64,000 nucleotides of DNA from Gammaproteobacteria bacterium (lineage in GTDB: Bacteria > Pseudomonadota > Gammaproteobacteria > Ga0077536), in NCBI GenBank assembly GCA_020849475.1, contig JADLGE010000034.1, positions 21,286-85,285 on the forward strand, in the 5' to 3' direction. The translations under genes were made by a program, and so were the position numbers. The notes beneath the pieces were generated by a model. That model made no database searches, was not told the origin of the DNA, and saw only the letters and a list, made by a program, of their open reading frames with translations. Below, piece after piece: positions 1-7,923 of the stretch. Positions within the stretch are counted from its first letter, which is position 1. Every line of letters starts with the position of its first letter.

Positions 1-1078
1 CCGCGCGCGGCACTGCCGGCAGCGTTTGCGCGGGGCCCTGCAAGCTGACGGCCAGCACTTCGCCGGGCGCATGTTGCGTGAGGCCCGCGACCACGATGCG
101 CACGCCATAGGCCTGTGCGCGCGGATTGAACACCGCGTCGCGCACATCGAGGGCAAAGAGCGTGCTGTCTTGTTCGACACGCAATTCGACCGGCGCGGCG
201 AGCGTGGCGCGCTGCCTGGGACTCAGCATCACATCCAGCACCGCGCTGTCAGTGTCGAGCAGACGATACAAGGCTTCGCCCGGCGCGACCGCCTGTCCGC
301 TGCGCGCATCCAGGGCCGTGACCTGACCGGCGCTGGTCGCGACCACCGTCAAGGTATCGCTGACGCGGCGCAGACGTTCAATGTCGTCCAATGACGCGCG
401 TGCGATTCCGAGCAGCACGAACTGTTCGCGCAGACGCAGGCGTTCACGCGCGAGGCTGGCGAGCAACTGACCGTTCTGGCCGTCCATGCTGGTGAGCGTG
501 GCCAGCATCTGGTCGCGGCGATTGAGCGTGTCGATGTAATCCCGCTGCCGCTGTTGCAGCTCGGGCGCGTAGATCTCGAACAGCGGCGTGCCAGCCGTGA
601 CGCGCATGCCGACGCGGTCGATATGCATGGCGCGTATCCAGCCTTCGGCCGGCGCCGACACGATGCGCTCGTTGCTGCTGTCCGCCACCGTGCGTGCCCA
701 GGTGCTCACGCGCGGTGCAATCGCGCGCGTCACGACCGGCGCGGTGCGCAGGCTCAACACTTGCGCGGCATGGGCGGTGACGCTCACCGCCGGCGCTGGC
801 GGCGCCGCTGTGTCGTGAGTGTCGGGGCCGGTGTCGCCATTCGGGGCAAGCGCGAGATCCATGCCGCATATCGGGCAGCGGCCGGGCGTCGGGCTTTGGA
901 CCTGCGGATGCATGGGGCAGGTGTAACGCGCGGCCGCTTGCTCGCTGCCGTGCGTGTGTTCGTGCATTGACAGCGCTTGCTCGGGCGCCGCCGTCAGGGA
1001 AGGCGCCGTGCCCAACAACAGGCACAGCGCCAGCAGCGGCGCACAGGCGGGATGTCTTGCCCCGTCTCTACGCCACAT
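1..1078 (-). CDS. RND efflux periplasmic adaptor (membrane-fusion protein), CusB-like, with N-terminal Cys-pair heavy-metal-binding module; 3' end runs off the window
   Basis: I translated the minus frame from ATG at 1078-1076 and checked every codon down to position 2 with no in-frame stop. It is absent from the ORF track because it is open at the edge. It has a signal-like start MWRRDGARHPACAPLLALCLLLGTAPSLTAAP, then YTCPMHPQVQSPTPGRCPICGMDL (CPMH...CPICGM metal module), then ERIVSAPAEGWIRAMHIDRVGMRVTAGTPLFEIYAPELQQRQRDYI, typical of the CusB/HlyD-family barrel-sandwich and hairpin region. Confidence 0.75.
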   Translation of the reverse strand, partial: MWRRDGARHPACAPLLALCLLLGTAPSLTAAPEQALSMHEHTHGSEQAAARYTCPMHPQVQSPTPGRCPICGMDLALAPNGDTGPDTHDTAAPPAPAVSVTAHAAQVLSLRTAPVVTRAIAPRVSTWARTVADSSNERIVSAPAEGWIRAMHIDRVGMRVTAGTPLFEIYAPELQQRQRDYIDTLNRRDQMLATLTSMDGQNGQLLASLARERLRLREQFVLLGIARASLDDIERLRRVSDTLTVVATSAGQVTALDARSGQAVAPGEALYRLLDTDSAVLDVMLSPRQRATLAAPVELRVEQDSTLFALDVRDAVFNPRAQAYGVRIVVAGLTQHAPGEVLAVSLQGPAQTLPAVPRA

Positions 1079-1084
1079 GGGAGC

Positions 1085-2017
1085 TCAGCGCACCACTATC
1101 TGTTCGCCGTGACCCATGTTGGGATCGGCATCGTCGCTGAACATGATGACCGCGATGGCGCCGGTCAACGCCTGCTTCAGCGAGTGACTGACGATGGCGT
1201 TGGCGCCGGCCTTGGGCGAGATCAAATCGAATACTGCCGCATCGCCGGGCCCGACCGTGAAGCTCTGCATCCCGGTCATTTCATTGGCGGGGTTGCCGCT
1301 CGGCCAGACTTTGTCCCAGATGCCGGCGATGGGGTGGAAAGACGAGAACTCGTTGGGCCCGGCGTTGACGAAATACACGCGCACCCGTTCACCGGGCTTG
1401 GCCTGCAGCCAGCGCGTGGCATTGGAATCATGCACCGGGTCGTATTTGAACACGCCGCCGTTGAACATCACGTTGGACCATTTGTTGGCCATCATGGCCT
1501 CACGGTCCTCGGGATTGGGGTAGAGCTCGGACTGCACCAGCACGTATTCGCGATCGGGCTTGGGCATCGCCGCGGGGTCTTTAGGATCGACGATGATCAA
1601 TCCGAACATGCCGCGCGCGATGTGCTGCATCATCGGATCGGCGCCACAGTGATAGAAGAAAGCACCGGGATAGTCGGCGCTGAAAGTGAACTGCTTGGTC
1701 TCGCCGGGCTTGATCGGCGCGAAGTCAGTCACCACGTCGGCGCGCGCGGCGTGAAAGTCCATCGAATGGGAGTTCTTGTTGGACTTGTCGTTGATGAGCG
1801 TGAACTCGACGGTGTCGCCTTGCTTCACACGCACCACCGGCCCCGGGATCTTGCCCTCGAAGGTCCAGGCCTTGTAGGTGGTGCCCTTGTTGTCTATCGG
1901 CAGGTCGACTTCCTTGCTGGTCAAGGTGACCTTGACCACTTCGGCCTGCGTCACCACCGGCGCCGCGAACAGCACCGCCAGGCCCGCCGCCAAAGTCAGT
2001 TGCAAATATCGATTCAT
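1085..2017 (-). CDS. nirK: Copper-containing nitrite reductase family protein (short NirK-type two-cupredoxin-domain protein), signal peptide
   Basis: 310-aa ORF. NSHSMDFHAA supplies the T1/T2 His pair, and YHCGADPMMQHIARGMFG matches the His-Cys...His...Met pattern of NirK. The second domain has SSFHPIAG and IVSHSL. The N-terminal signal is MNRYLQLTLAAGLAVLFAAPVVTQA. Confidence 0.7.
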   Translation of the reverse strand: MNRYLQLTLAAGLAVLFAAPVVTQAEVVKVTLTSKEVDLPIDNKGTTYKAWTFEGKIPGPVVRVKQGDTVEFTLINDKSNKNSHSMDFHAARADVVTDFAPIKPGETKQFTFSADYPGAFFYHCGADPMMQHIARGMFGLIIVDPKDPAAMPKPDREYVLVQSELYPNPEDREAMMANKWSNVMFNGGVFKYDPVHDSNATRWLQAKPGERVRVYFVNAGPNEFSSFHPIAGIWDKVWPSGNPANEMTGMQSFTVGPGDAAVFDLISPKAGANAIVSHSLKQALTGAIAVIMFSDDADPNMGHGEQIVVR

Positions 2018-2059
2018 GATTGCCCCTCTCTCTCGACTTGTGGAATGTTTGGACTGCCG

Positions 2060-2419
2060 TCACTTGCCGCACTTGCAGGTTTCACGCAGGTAGGCGACCA
2101 GCTCGTGTATCTCCGCGTCGCTCAAGACCTTGCCCCATACCGGCATGAGGATGGATTTGTTTACCGCCAGGCCGCCCTCTTTGATGGCCTTGAACATTTC
2201 GTCGTCCGGCACGTCGCTCATGGCCTTGCTGTCGGTGTGATCGCGCGGCTGCACGCTCATGTGCGCGGCGTTGATGCCTTTGCCATTGCGATGCACGCCG
2301 TGGCACTGCACGCAGTAGGTGTCGTAGTTGCGTTCCGCCTGCGGATGGGCGCTGCCGGCGTGAACGGCCAGCGGCGACAGGCACAGCGCCAGCGCCGAGT
2401 GTGCGATGAGTCGTTTCAT
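2060..2419 (-). CDS. Monohaem cytochrome c (NcgC-like position)
   Basis: I chose the internal ATG at 2419 (MKRLIAHSALALCLSPLAVHA signal) within ORF 2060..2638. There is a single CVQCH haem motif. The ATGA overlap with the upstream gene stop at 2416-2419 supports this start. Confidence 0.8.
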   Translation of the reverse strand: MKRLIAHSALALCLSPLAVHAGSAHPQAERNYDTYCVQCHGVHRNGKGINAAHMSVQPRDHTDSKAMSDVPDDEMFKAIKEGGLAVNKSILMPVWGKVLSDAEIHELVAYLRETCKCGK

Positions 2420-3090
2420 GGCTTCGCCCCGCTCTTGAGTTGCATGAGATAACCGGTCAGGCGTTGCAGATCGCTTTCGCCAAGACCCGCGTCGGGCATC
2501 CACACGTGGGCATCGAAAGCCTGGGGATGCTTGATGTAGCTGTAGACGTAATCGGCGTTGAGGCGGCTGCTGGCGGTGTAGAGCTCGGGGCCCGACATGC
2601 CACCTTTGCCGGGCGCGTCTTGATGGCAGGCGGCGCAACCGCGCAATTTGCCGAAGAACATCGCGCCCATGGTGGCGCTGACCGCCGCGCCCTTGTAGGC
2701 GCCGCTCTCGACCGGCGCCGGCGTATGCAGTGCCAGCAAGGCGTCCGCCACCGCTACCGCGCTGTCCTTATCCAGCTTGACGTGGGGCGTGAGCGTGGTT
2801 TCGTCTATCGCGTCGCCGTCGGCGCCATCCTTGAGATGGTGCCGATAGAATTCGCCGCCCGGCCGGATACGGACCGGCGCCTGCAGCCACGCCACCAGCC
2901 AGTTACGCTGAAATTTGTCTCCGGCGTAGTAAAGATCGGGGCCTTTGCGTGACCACAGGCGGTCGATACTGGTTTGTGGCGGCGCGCTGAGCGCATGGCA
3001 TTGGGCGCACTGTTGCTGCAGCAGCTGTGATCCGTCGGCGGCGAACGCCGTGGCCGACAGCAACAGCAGCGCGGACAGGAAATGACGCAT
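2416..3090 (-). CDS. Dihaem cytochrome c (NcgB-like position)
   Basis: 224-aa ORF with signal MRHFLSALLLLSATAFA and two CxxCH motifs (CAQCH, CAACH). Confidence 0.8.
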   Translation of the reverse strand: MRHFLSALLLLSATAFAADGSQLLQQQCAQCHALSAPPQTSIDRLWSRKGPDLYYAGDKFQRNWLVAWLQAPVRIRPGGEFYRHHLKDGADGDAIDETTLTPHVKLDKDSAVAVADALLALHTPAPVESGAYKGAAVSATMGAMFFGKLRGCAACHQDAPGKGGMSGPELYTASSRLNADYVYSYIKHPQAFDAHVWMPDAGLGESDLQRLTGYLMQLKSGAKP

Positions 3091-3107
3091 GGCGAGTCTC
3101 CTTCACA

Positions 3108-4187
3108 TCACTGGATGGCGGTGCCCTTGAACAGGGCGGGGGTGTGCAGGCCGTAGGGCGCCTTCAGTGACTCTTCGTAGAAGAAGTCCGGCTGTACCGG
3201 CTTGTTCTTCCATTCGTAGACGCTGTTGGTGGTGTCGATCTCGGCGTACTGGATGACGGTCATGATGCCGCCCATCGGCTTCTCACCGTTGACGGTGTGC
3301 GAGTCGACATGGTCGTGCACCATCCACAGGCCGGGGTTGTCGGCTTCGAAGATGAGGTCGTAGCGTTCGCCGGGCCCGACCAGGATGGTGTCGGCTTCAT
3401 AGGGCGCGGGCAGTGCATGACCGTCCTTGAACGCGACTTTGAACACATGCCCGTGAATGTGGATCGAGTGGATGAGTTCGCCGGCGCCAATCAGGCGCAG
3501 GCGCAGCACATCGCCCTTCTTCACACGCAGTGGCTGGGTGTCGGGATAGGCCTTGCCATTGATGGTGAAGTAATTGAAGACATCGCCCGGCACGCCACCA
3601 TAACCGGGCTTGTTCGCCCATTTGTCATCCCAGTCGGCGAGCATGAGGATGAAATCGCGAGTCACGGCTTTTTCTATCGGCTTGGGCTCGCGCGGGTCGA
3701 TGATCAATGGTCCCCACATGCCGCGCATGGCCACGTGTTCGTTGACGTTCACGTGACAGTGGTACCACATGGTGCCGGACGGCGCGGCGACGAAGTGATA
3801 GGTGTAATCCTCGCCGGGCTTGATCGCTTCCTGGGTGACACCCGGCACGCCATCGTTCTGCCAGGTGCCCCGCTGCAACAGGCCATGCCAATGGATGGTG
3901 TGCGGCAGAGAAGTGAGATTCATGACCTTGACCGTGATGTCGTCACCTTCCTTGACGTGAATGAGCGGACCGGGCACCTGGCCATTGAAGGCGAAGGTGT
4001 GGAAATCCTGCTTGTCGACCAAGGTCATGCGCGTGTCTTCGATGGTCATCTCGAACTCGCGCGCGTCGGCCCACGTCAGCGCGCTTGCCAGCGTGCAGGC
4101 GAGGGCGAGGGTCACCGTCAGTAGCGCCGTTGGGCGCCGTGTGCGCGCCGCTGTTGATGAATTGCCGTGAATCGAAAGAGCTGCCAT
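3108..4187 (-). CDS. Two-domain multicopper oxidase with twin-arginine signal (NcgA-like position)
   Basis: Copper motifs HTIHWHG, WYHCHVN, HSIHIHGH and HDHVDSH are present. I chose the start at ATG 4187 (MAALSIHGNSSTAARTRRPTALLTVTLALA, a Tat-like RR leader). The 430-aa track ORF extends upstream through the csrA-like gene in another frame. An alternative ATG lies at 4244. Confidence 0.75.
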   Translation of the reverse strand: MAALSIHGNSSTAARTRRPTALLTVTLALACTLASALTWADAREFEMTIEDTRMTLVDKQDFHTFAFNGQVPGPLIHVKEGDDITVKVMNLTSLPHTIHWHGLLQRGTWQNDGVPGVTQEAIKPGEDYTYHFVAAPSGTMWYHCHVNVNEHVAMRGMWGPLIIDPREPKPIEKAVTRDFILMLADWDDKWANKPGYGGVPGDVFNYFTINGKAYPDTQPLRVKKGDVLRLRLIGAGELIHSIHIHGHVFKVAFKDGHALPAPYEADTILVGPGERYDLIFEADNPGLWMVHDHVDSHTVNGEKPMGGIMTVIQYAEIDTTNSVYEWKNKPVQPDFFYEESLKAPYGLHTPALFKGTAIQ

Positions 4188-4236
4188 GGCGTATTTCCGA
4201 AGTGGGTATGGTGCGTGGGGTAGCAGGCGGCGCGAC

Positions 4237-4422
4237 TCAGTCATGCGCGCCGGCGGCAGGCAGACGTGGCGTTTTGCGCACGGCTTCCTCGCGATAAATG
4301 GGAATGCGCTGCGGCGACTCGATGCCGATGCGCACATGACGACCGGACACGCCGAGCACCGTGATGGCGACGTTTTCACCGACTCTGAGCTTCTCGCCAA
4401 TCTTTCTGGACAGTACCAACAT
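4237..4422 (-). CDS. csrA: CsrA/RsmA-family RNA-binding translational regulator (61 aa)
   Basis: MLVLSRKIGEKLRVGENVAITVLGVSGRHVRIGIESPQRIPIYREEAV aligns nearly position for position with E. coli CsrA ([47 protein letters not shown]). ATG at 4422 is preceded by AGGAGAG. Confidence 0.85.
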   Translation of the reverse strand: MLVLSRKIGEKLRVGENVAITVLGVSGRHVRIGIESPQRIPIYREEAVRKTPRLPAAGAHD

Positions 4423-4599
4423 CGGGTCTCTCCTGTGCGCTTTGTGCTCGATGGTGAGCGGTTTGTTTAAAAGATGAACGACAGATCTATCTTTAAGCGC
4501 AAAGCAAATCAAGCCTTTTGGAATTAGGGAAATTCATCGACGACCGAGAAGCGACCGGCGCGCTGCTTGCGCCAGGTGAGTCGCTGAGGTGATGTCAGC

Positions 4600-4643
4600 G
4601 GATCTGAAAAACCGTCGACCGCGTTGCCCGTTGCGGGCAACGC
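4600..4643 (-). terminator. Candidate intrinsic terminator after the XdhC-like gene
   Basis: A perfect 10-bp stem GCGTTGCCCG/CGGGCAACGC (4621-4643, 3-nt loop) begins 8 nt after the XdhC-like stop codon. On the minus strand it is followed by GGTCGACGGTTTTTCAG. The T-run is offset from the stem, so the call is only moderate. Confidence 0.4.
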
Positions 4644-4650
4644 ACACTGT

Positions 4651-5586
4651 TCAGCCCTGGCCGCGCCGCCTCACTTTGACGATTTGCCCGAGTATCGCCA
4701 AGGCGATCTCCGGTGGACTGCGCGCACCGAGATCGAGACCCACCGGCCCATGCAGCCGGGCGATGACATCGGCTGGCACGCCCATGTCGGCCAAGGTCTC
4801 GCGACGCGCCTCGGCCGTGCGTTTGCTGCCGAGCGCGCCCACATAGAAAGCGTGACTGGCGAGCGCCTTGGTGAGAATCGGCGCATCCCATTCGTGTTCG
4901 TGAAAGAGCGAGACGAACGCCGTCCACGGATCAAGCGGGCCGCAATCGAAGCCGTCGGCGGTGGTCAGGGCATGGGCTTGCGCGGCGTGGGGTCGCGCCA
5001 TGTCGAGGGTTTCCCGCTCTGACGAACAGGCAATGACTTCAAATTCCGCCGCGCTGCCGAGCGTGGCAATGAGCGGCACCAGCGGGCCCTTGCCCACGGC
5101 CCAGATGCGGATGGCCGGCTCGCACAGGCGCGCCCAGGTATCGCCGCTGTCGAGCGTGACTTCACCTGCTTCAACGTGACAGGCGCGCTGCGTGAGATTG
5201 AATACCAGTGAGGCGGGCTGGCGCGCGGCGTTGGCGTCCAGCACTTGATTGAGCGCGGCTTCGGCGAGCGTCACGTCAAAAAAAACATCGATGCCCGAGC
5301 CACAGGGCAGACGAATGTCGATATACGGCGAATCCTTGCCGTAGCGCACGATGCGATTGGCCCCTTGTGCGAGGCAATCCTGCGCTTCAGCGATGATGGC
5401 GGCTTCGGCGCAGCCACCGGTGAGATTGCCGACCGCCATGCCGTCGGCGCGTATCGCCATCTGACTGCCGCGCGGGCGCGGCGCGGAGCCGTCGACGAAC
5501 ACCAGGGTGGCAAGCGCGGCGCGGTGCCCGTCGCGTCGCCAGGCGGCGAGCGTGGGCAACACGTTGTTCATGTATACAGCAGGCAT
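4651..5586 (-). CDS. XdhC/CoxI-family accessory protein
   Basis: 311 aa. The N-terminal XdhC_CoxI-like segment is ALATLVFVDGSAPRPRGSQMAI...GNLTGGCAEAAI. The C-terminal Rossmann-like segment is IRIWAVGKGPLVPLIATL...FYVGALGSKRT...GPVGLDLGARSPPEIALAILGQIV. Confidence 0.75.
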   Translation of the reverse strand: MPAVYMNNVLPTLAAWRRDGHRAALATLVFVDGSAPRPRGSQMAIRADGMAVGNLTGGCAEAAIIAEAQDCLAQGANRIVRYGKDSPYIDIRLPCGSGIDVFFDVTLAEAALNQVLDANAARQPASLVFNLTQRACHVEAGEVTLDSGDTWARLCEPAIRIWAVGKGPLVPLIATLGSAAEFEVIACSSERETLDMARPHAAQAHALTTADGFDCGPLDPWTAFVSLFHEHEWDAPILTKALASHAFYVGALGSKRTAEARRETLADMGVPADVIARLHGPVGLDLGARSPPEIALAILGQIVKVRRRGQG

Positions 5587-5634
5587 GGGCAGGGTTATCG
5601 GTCCTTGAGGCCAAGCCGATGATGATAACGGCTT

Positions 5635-6105
5635 CTAGCCTTCGCGCGGTTCCATTGGATGGCGGCCGCCATCTTCATACCAGCGTCGATACTGGCCCCA
5701 CCACATCTCGGCGCGCAGCTGCGCGCGCCGGCGGCGCTGCTCGGTGACGGTGTTCTCGGTGCCGATGTAGAACTTCACTTCCAGAGGTTTGCCGTCCGGA
5801 CACTGTGCGCGGCAGATGATGGCGTGCTCGATGACGCCGTCCGCGCGGCGCTTCTGCTTGCGCTCATAGGGGCCACGACTGCGCAACTTGAAGCGGCGCC
5901 CGGCTTTGGTGCGCATGCGCCATTGCGCGGCGGCCTCGTGGGCGGCCTTCACGTCGCCATCGAAGTCGCTGTAGGCAAAATATTTTGAATGGCGCACACC
6001 GTTGACCGCGGCGCGGGCCTGCAGTCCGTGGTCGTCGGGATAGCTGATGCCGGGCCAATGCCCGTCGATTTCGGAAGGAGAGTGCTGCGGTCGTTTGCTT
6101 GTCAT
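5635..6105 (-). CDS. Hypothetical small basic protein, possibly with an AP2-like DNA-binding fold
   Basis: 156-aa ORF with GC3-rich codon usage. GISYPDDHGLQARAAVNGVRHSKYFAYSDFDGDVKAAHEAAAQWR resembles the bacterial AP2 pattern (G-I/V-s...A.v.G.r..k.F....A..A..W). The family call is a weak inference. Confidence 0.45.
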   Translation of the reverse strand: MTSKRPQHSPSEIDGHWPGISYPDDHGLQARAAVNGVRHSKYFAYSDFDGDVKAAHEAAAQWRMRTKAGRRFKLRSRGPYERKQKRRADGVIEHAIICRAQCPDGKPLEVKFYIGTENTVTEQRRRRAQLRAEMWWGQYRRWYEDGGRHPMEPREG

Positions 6106-6311
6106 ACGGGAGAATTCACATGCAGGCGTCCTTTGATTTTGAGAGGGGCATCCAATCCGGGCTGCATTCTAGCGGCGTCGCCGGCGCTGCACAGCCACTC
6201 GCATCACAAACACCACCGGCCGGGGCCCACCACCGAAAGTGGGTTGGCGCGCGACGGTCGTTTGGGCGATGCTCGGGCCGGCCGCACCAGGCACAACGAG
6301 GGGAAACACTC

Positions 6312-7316
6312 ATGGCGATAGTAGTCCTGAACGAGGACTGGCTGGCTCAATCCACCGAGCTTGCCATCGACACATCTCGGCGCATCATCGACCCGCATCA
6401 TCATTTTTTCAAAGACACCGAGCATTTTCCGGACTACGACCTCGACATGCTGTGGGCCGACACCGCCACCCACAAGGTCGAGAAGACCGTCTACCTGCAA
6501 TGCTGGGAAGGCTACCGCCAGGACGGTCCGGAGCATCTGCAGTGTGTCGGTGAAACCGAGGGCGTGGCGGCCATCGCCGCGCGTGCCGCACAGCGGCCGC
6601 AGGCGGCGCAGATCGGCGCCATGATGGGCGAAGCGGACCTGCGTCATCCGCGTGCACGCGAAGTGCTGGAAGCCCATTGCGCGGCGAGCCCGCTGTTCCG
6701 CGGCATTCGCCAGATAGTGGCCTGGGATGAGAGCAGCGAGGTGCTGTTCATCATGGACGGCGTGTCCCATCGCAACGTCTACGGAGAAAAGGATTTCCGC
6801 GCCGGCTTCAAGGTGTTGACCGACATGGGCCTGCGCTTCGACGCCTGGCATTACCATCCCCAGACCCCGCATCTGACCGCGCTGGCGCGCGACTTCCCCG
6901 ATACGCCCATCGTGCTCGACCACCTCGGTACGCCGGTCGGCATCGGCCAGTACGCCGGACATGAGGAAGAGGTCTACAGGATCTGGGCGCGCGATCTGGC
7001 GGAGCTCGCCACCTGCCCCAATGTTTCAATAAAACTCGGTGGCATGGCCATGCCGTGGAACGGCTTCCACTTCGAGCAGGCGGCGGCGCCGCCGAACTCA
7101 GACCTCCTGGTCGAGAAATGGGCGCGCTATTTCCACCACGCCATCGAACACTTCGGGCCCGAACGCTGCATGTTCGAAAGCAATTTTCCGGTCGACAAAT
7201 GCGCCGTGACCTATGCCTCGCTATGGAATGCCTACAAGAAGATGGCGGCGCGTTACAGCGAAGCCGAGCAGGACGCGATGTTCCGCGGCGCGGCGGCGCG
7301 GTTTTACGGGCTGTGA
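6312..7316 (+). CDS. Amidohydrolase-2 family metal-dependent hydrolase
   Basis: Internal ATG at 6312, preceded by GAGGGGA. IIDPHHHFF is the HxH metal motif, and DHLGTP and FESNFPVD are typical of PF04909-type lactonase/decarboxylase-like amidohydrolases. Confidence 0.75.
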   Translation: MAIVVLNEDWLAQSTELAIDTSRRIIDPHHHFFKDTEHFPDYDLDMLWADTATHKVEKTVYLQCWEGYRQDGPEHLQCVGETEGVAAIAARAAQRPQAAQIGAMMGEADLRHPRAREVLEAHCAASPLFRGIRQIVAWDESSEVLFIMDGVSHRNVYGEKDFRAGFKVLTDMGLRFDAWHYHPQTPHLTALARDFPDTPIVLDHLGTPVGIGQYAGHEEEVYRIWARDLAELATCPNVSIKLGGMAMPWNGFHFEQAAAPPNSDLLVEKWARYFHHAIEHFGPERCMFESNFPVDKCAVTYASLWNAYKKMAARYSEAEQDAMFRGAAARFYGL

Positions 7317-7325
7317 CTGCGATTC

Positions 7326-7347
7326 GAATGTGCGAATGAATTCGCAG
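7326..7347. repeat. REP-like palindromic intergenic repeat, family A (GTGCGAATGAATTCGCAC type)
   Basis: GAATGTGCGAATGAATTCGCAG lies between convergent genes. Confidence 0.7.
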
Positions 7348-7848
7348 CTACGAGGCCATGCCTGCAATTGCCGGCCCGGGCGAATAGTGGTGATGAATGA
7401 GGATGCTGCGTTCCTTGAAATACCAGCGCCCGCGTTCCTTGATCAGCACATCGTCATAGCGGCCGGCGAGTATGCGCACCGCGCCGCTCGCTTCGACGAA
7501 ATCAGAATCGAAATAACTGGTGGCCGTCACGCGGCCCTGTGTTTCGAGAATGCAGGGTTCGAACAATTTGTGGCGTGGAAAGCCGACCTTGCGCGGCGGC
7601 TCGTAAAAGAACTTTGAATACCAGGCGAGGATGGCGTCACGGCCGCTGTGGGATTTGACGCTGTCGAATGACACCGAGAACAGCGCGTCGCGATGATAGA
7701 GCGCCACCAGTTCATCGAGCCTGCCGCGGTCGATGAGTACGCAATAGTGGCTGAGTAACTGCCGTATCGCTTCAAAATCCAGCGGGCGAAGCTTGCGCGC
7801 GCGTGCGCTGACGGTATGCACGGCGTTTGCGTTGCGAACTGTGGCCAT
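7348..7848 (-). CDS. SnoaL-like / NTF2-fold protein
   Basis: 166 aa. IRQLLSHYCVLIDRGRLDELVALYHRDALF...GRYDDVLIKERGRWYFKERS is the typical SnoaL_4 pattern. Confidence 0.65.
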   Translation of the reverse strand: MATVRNANAVHTVSARARKLRPLDFEAIRQLLSHYCVLIDRGRLDELVALYHRDALFSVSFDSVKSHSGRDAILAWYSKFFYEPPRKVGFPRHKLFEPCILETQGRVTATSYFDSDFVEASGAVRILAGRYDDVLIKERGRWYFKERSILIHHHYSPGPAIAGMAS

Positions 7849-7923
7849 GGCTGGCTCCTGGCGGTGGGGGAGGAAGGCTTGCTGCCTCGACGCAGCTTAC
7901 CACCGCCTCCCACCCGTCCTGCC

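Noticed and set aside
444-1025. ORFs 444..1025 (-), 554..970 (+) and 26..394 (+) at the left edge.
   Set aside because: The region is fully explained by a different minus-strand frame encoding a CusB-like adaptor (1..1078). The listed ORFs translate to Arg/Ala/His-rich junk.
3108-4400. N-terminally extended versions of real genes as listed in the ORF track, for example MCO 3108..4400, cytochrome c 2060..2638, amidohydrolase 6099..7316, TetR 32164..33276, LLM 57216..58430, response regulator 60675..61523 and DUF1329 44747..46300.
   Set aside because: The extensions are low-complexity Arg/Pro-rich sequence and overlap upstream genes or REP elements. They also lack the signal peptides and RBS sites that appear at the internal starts I chose.
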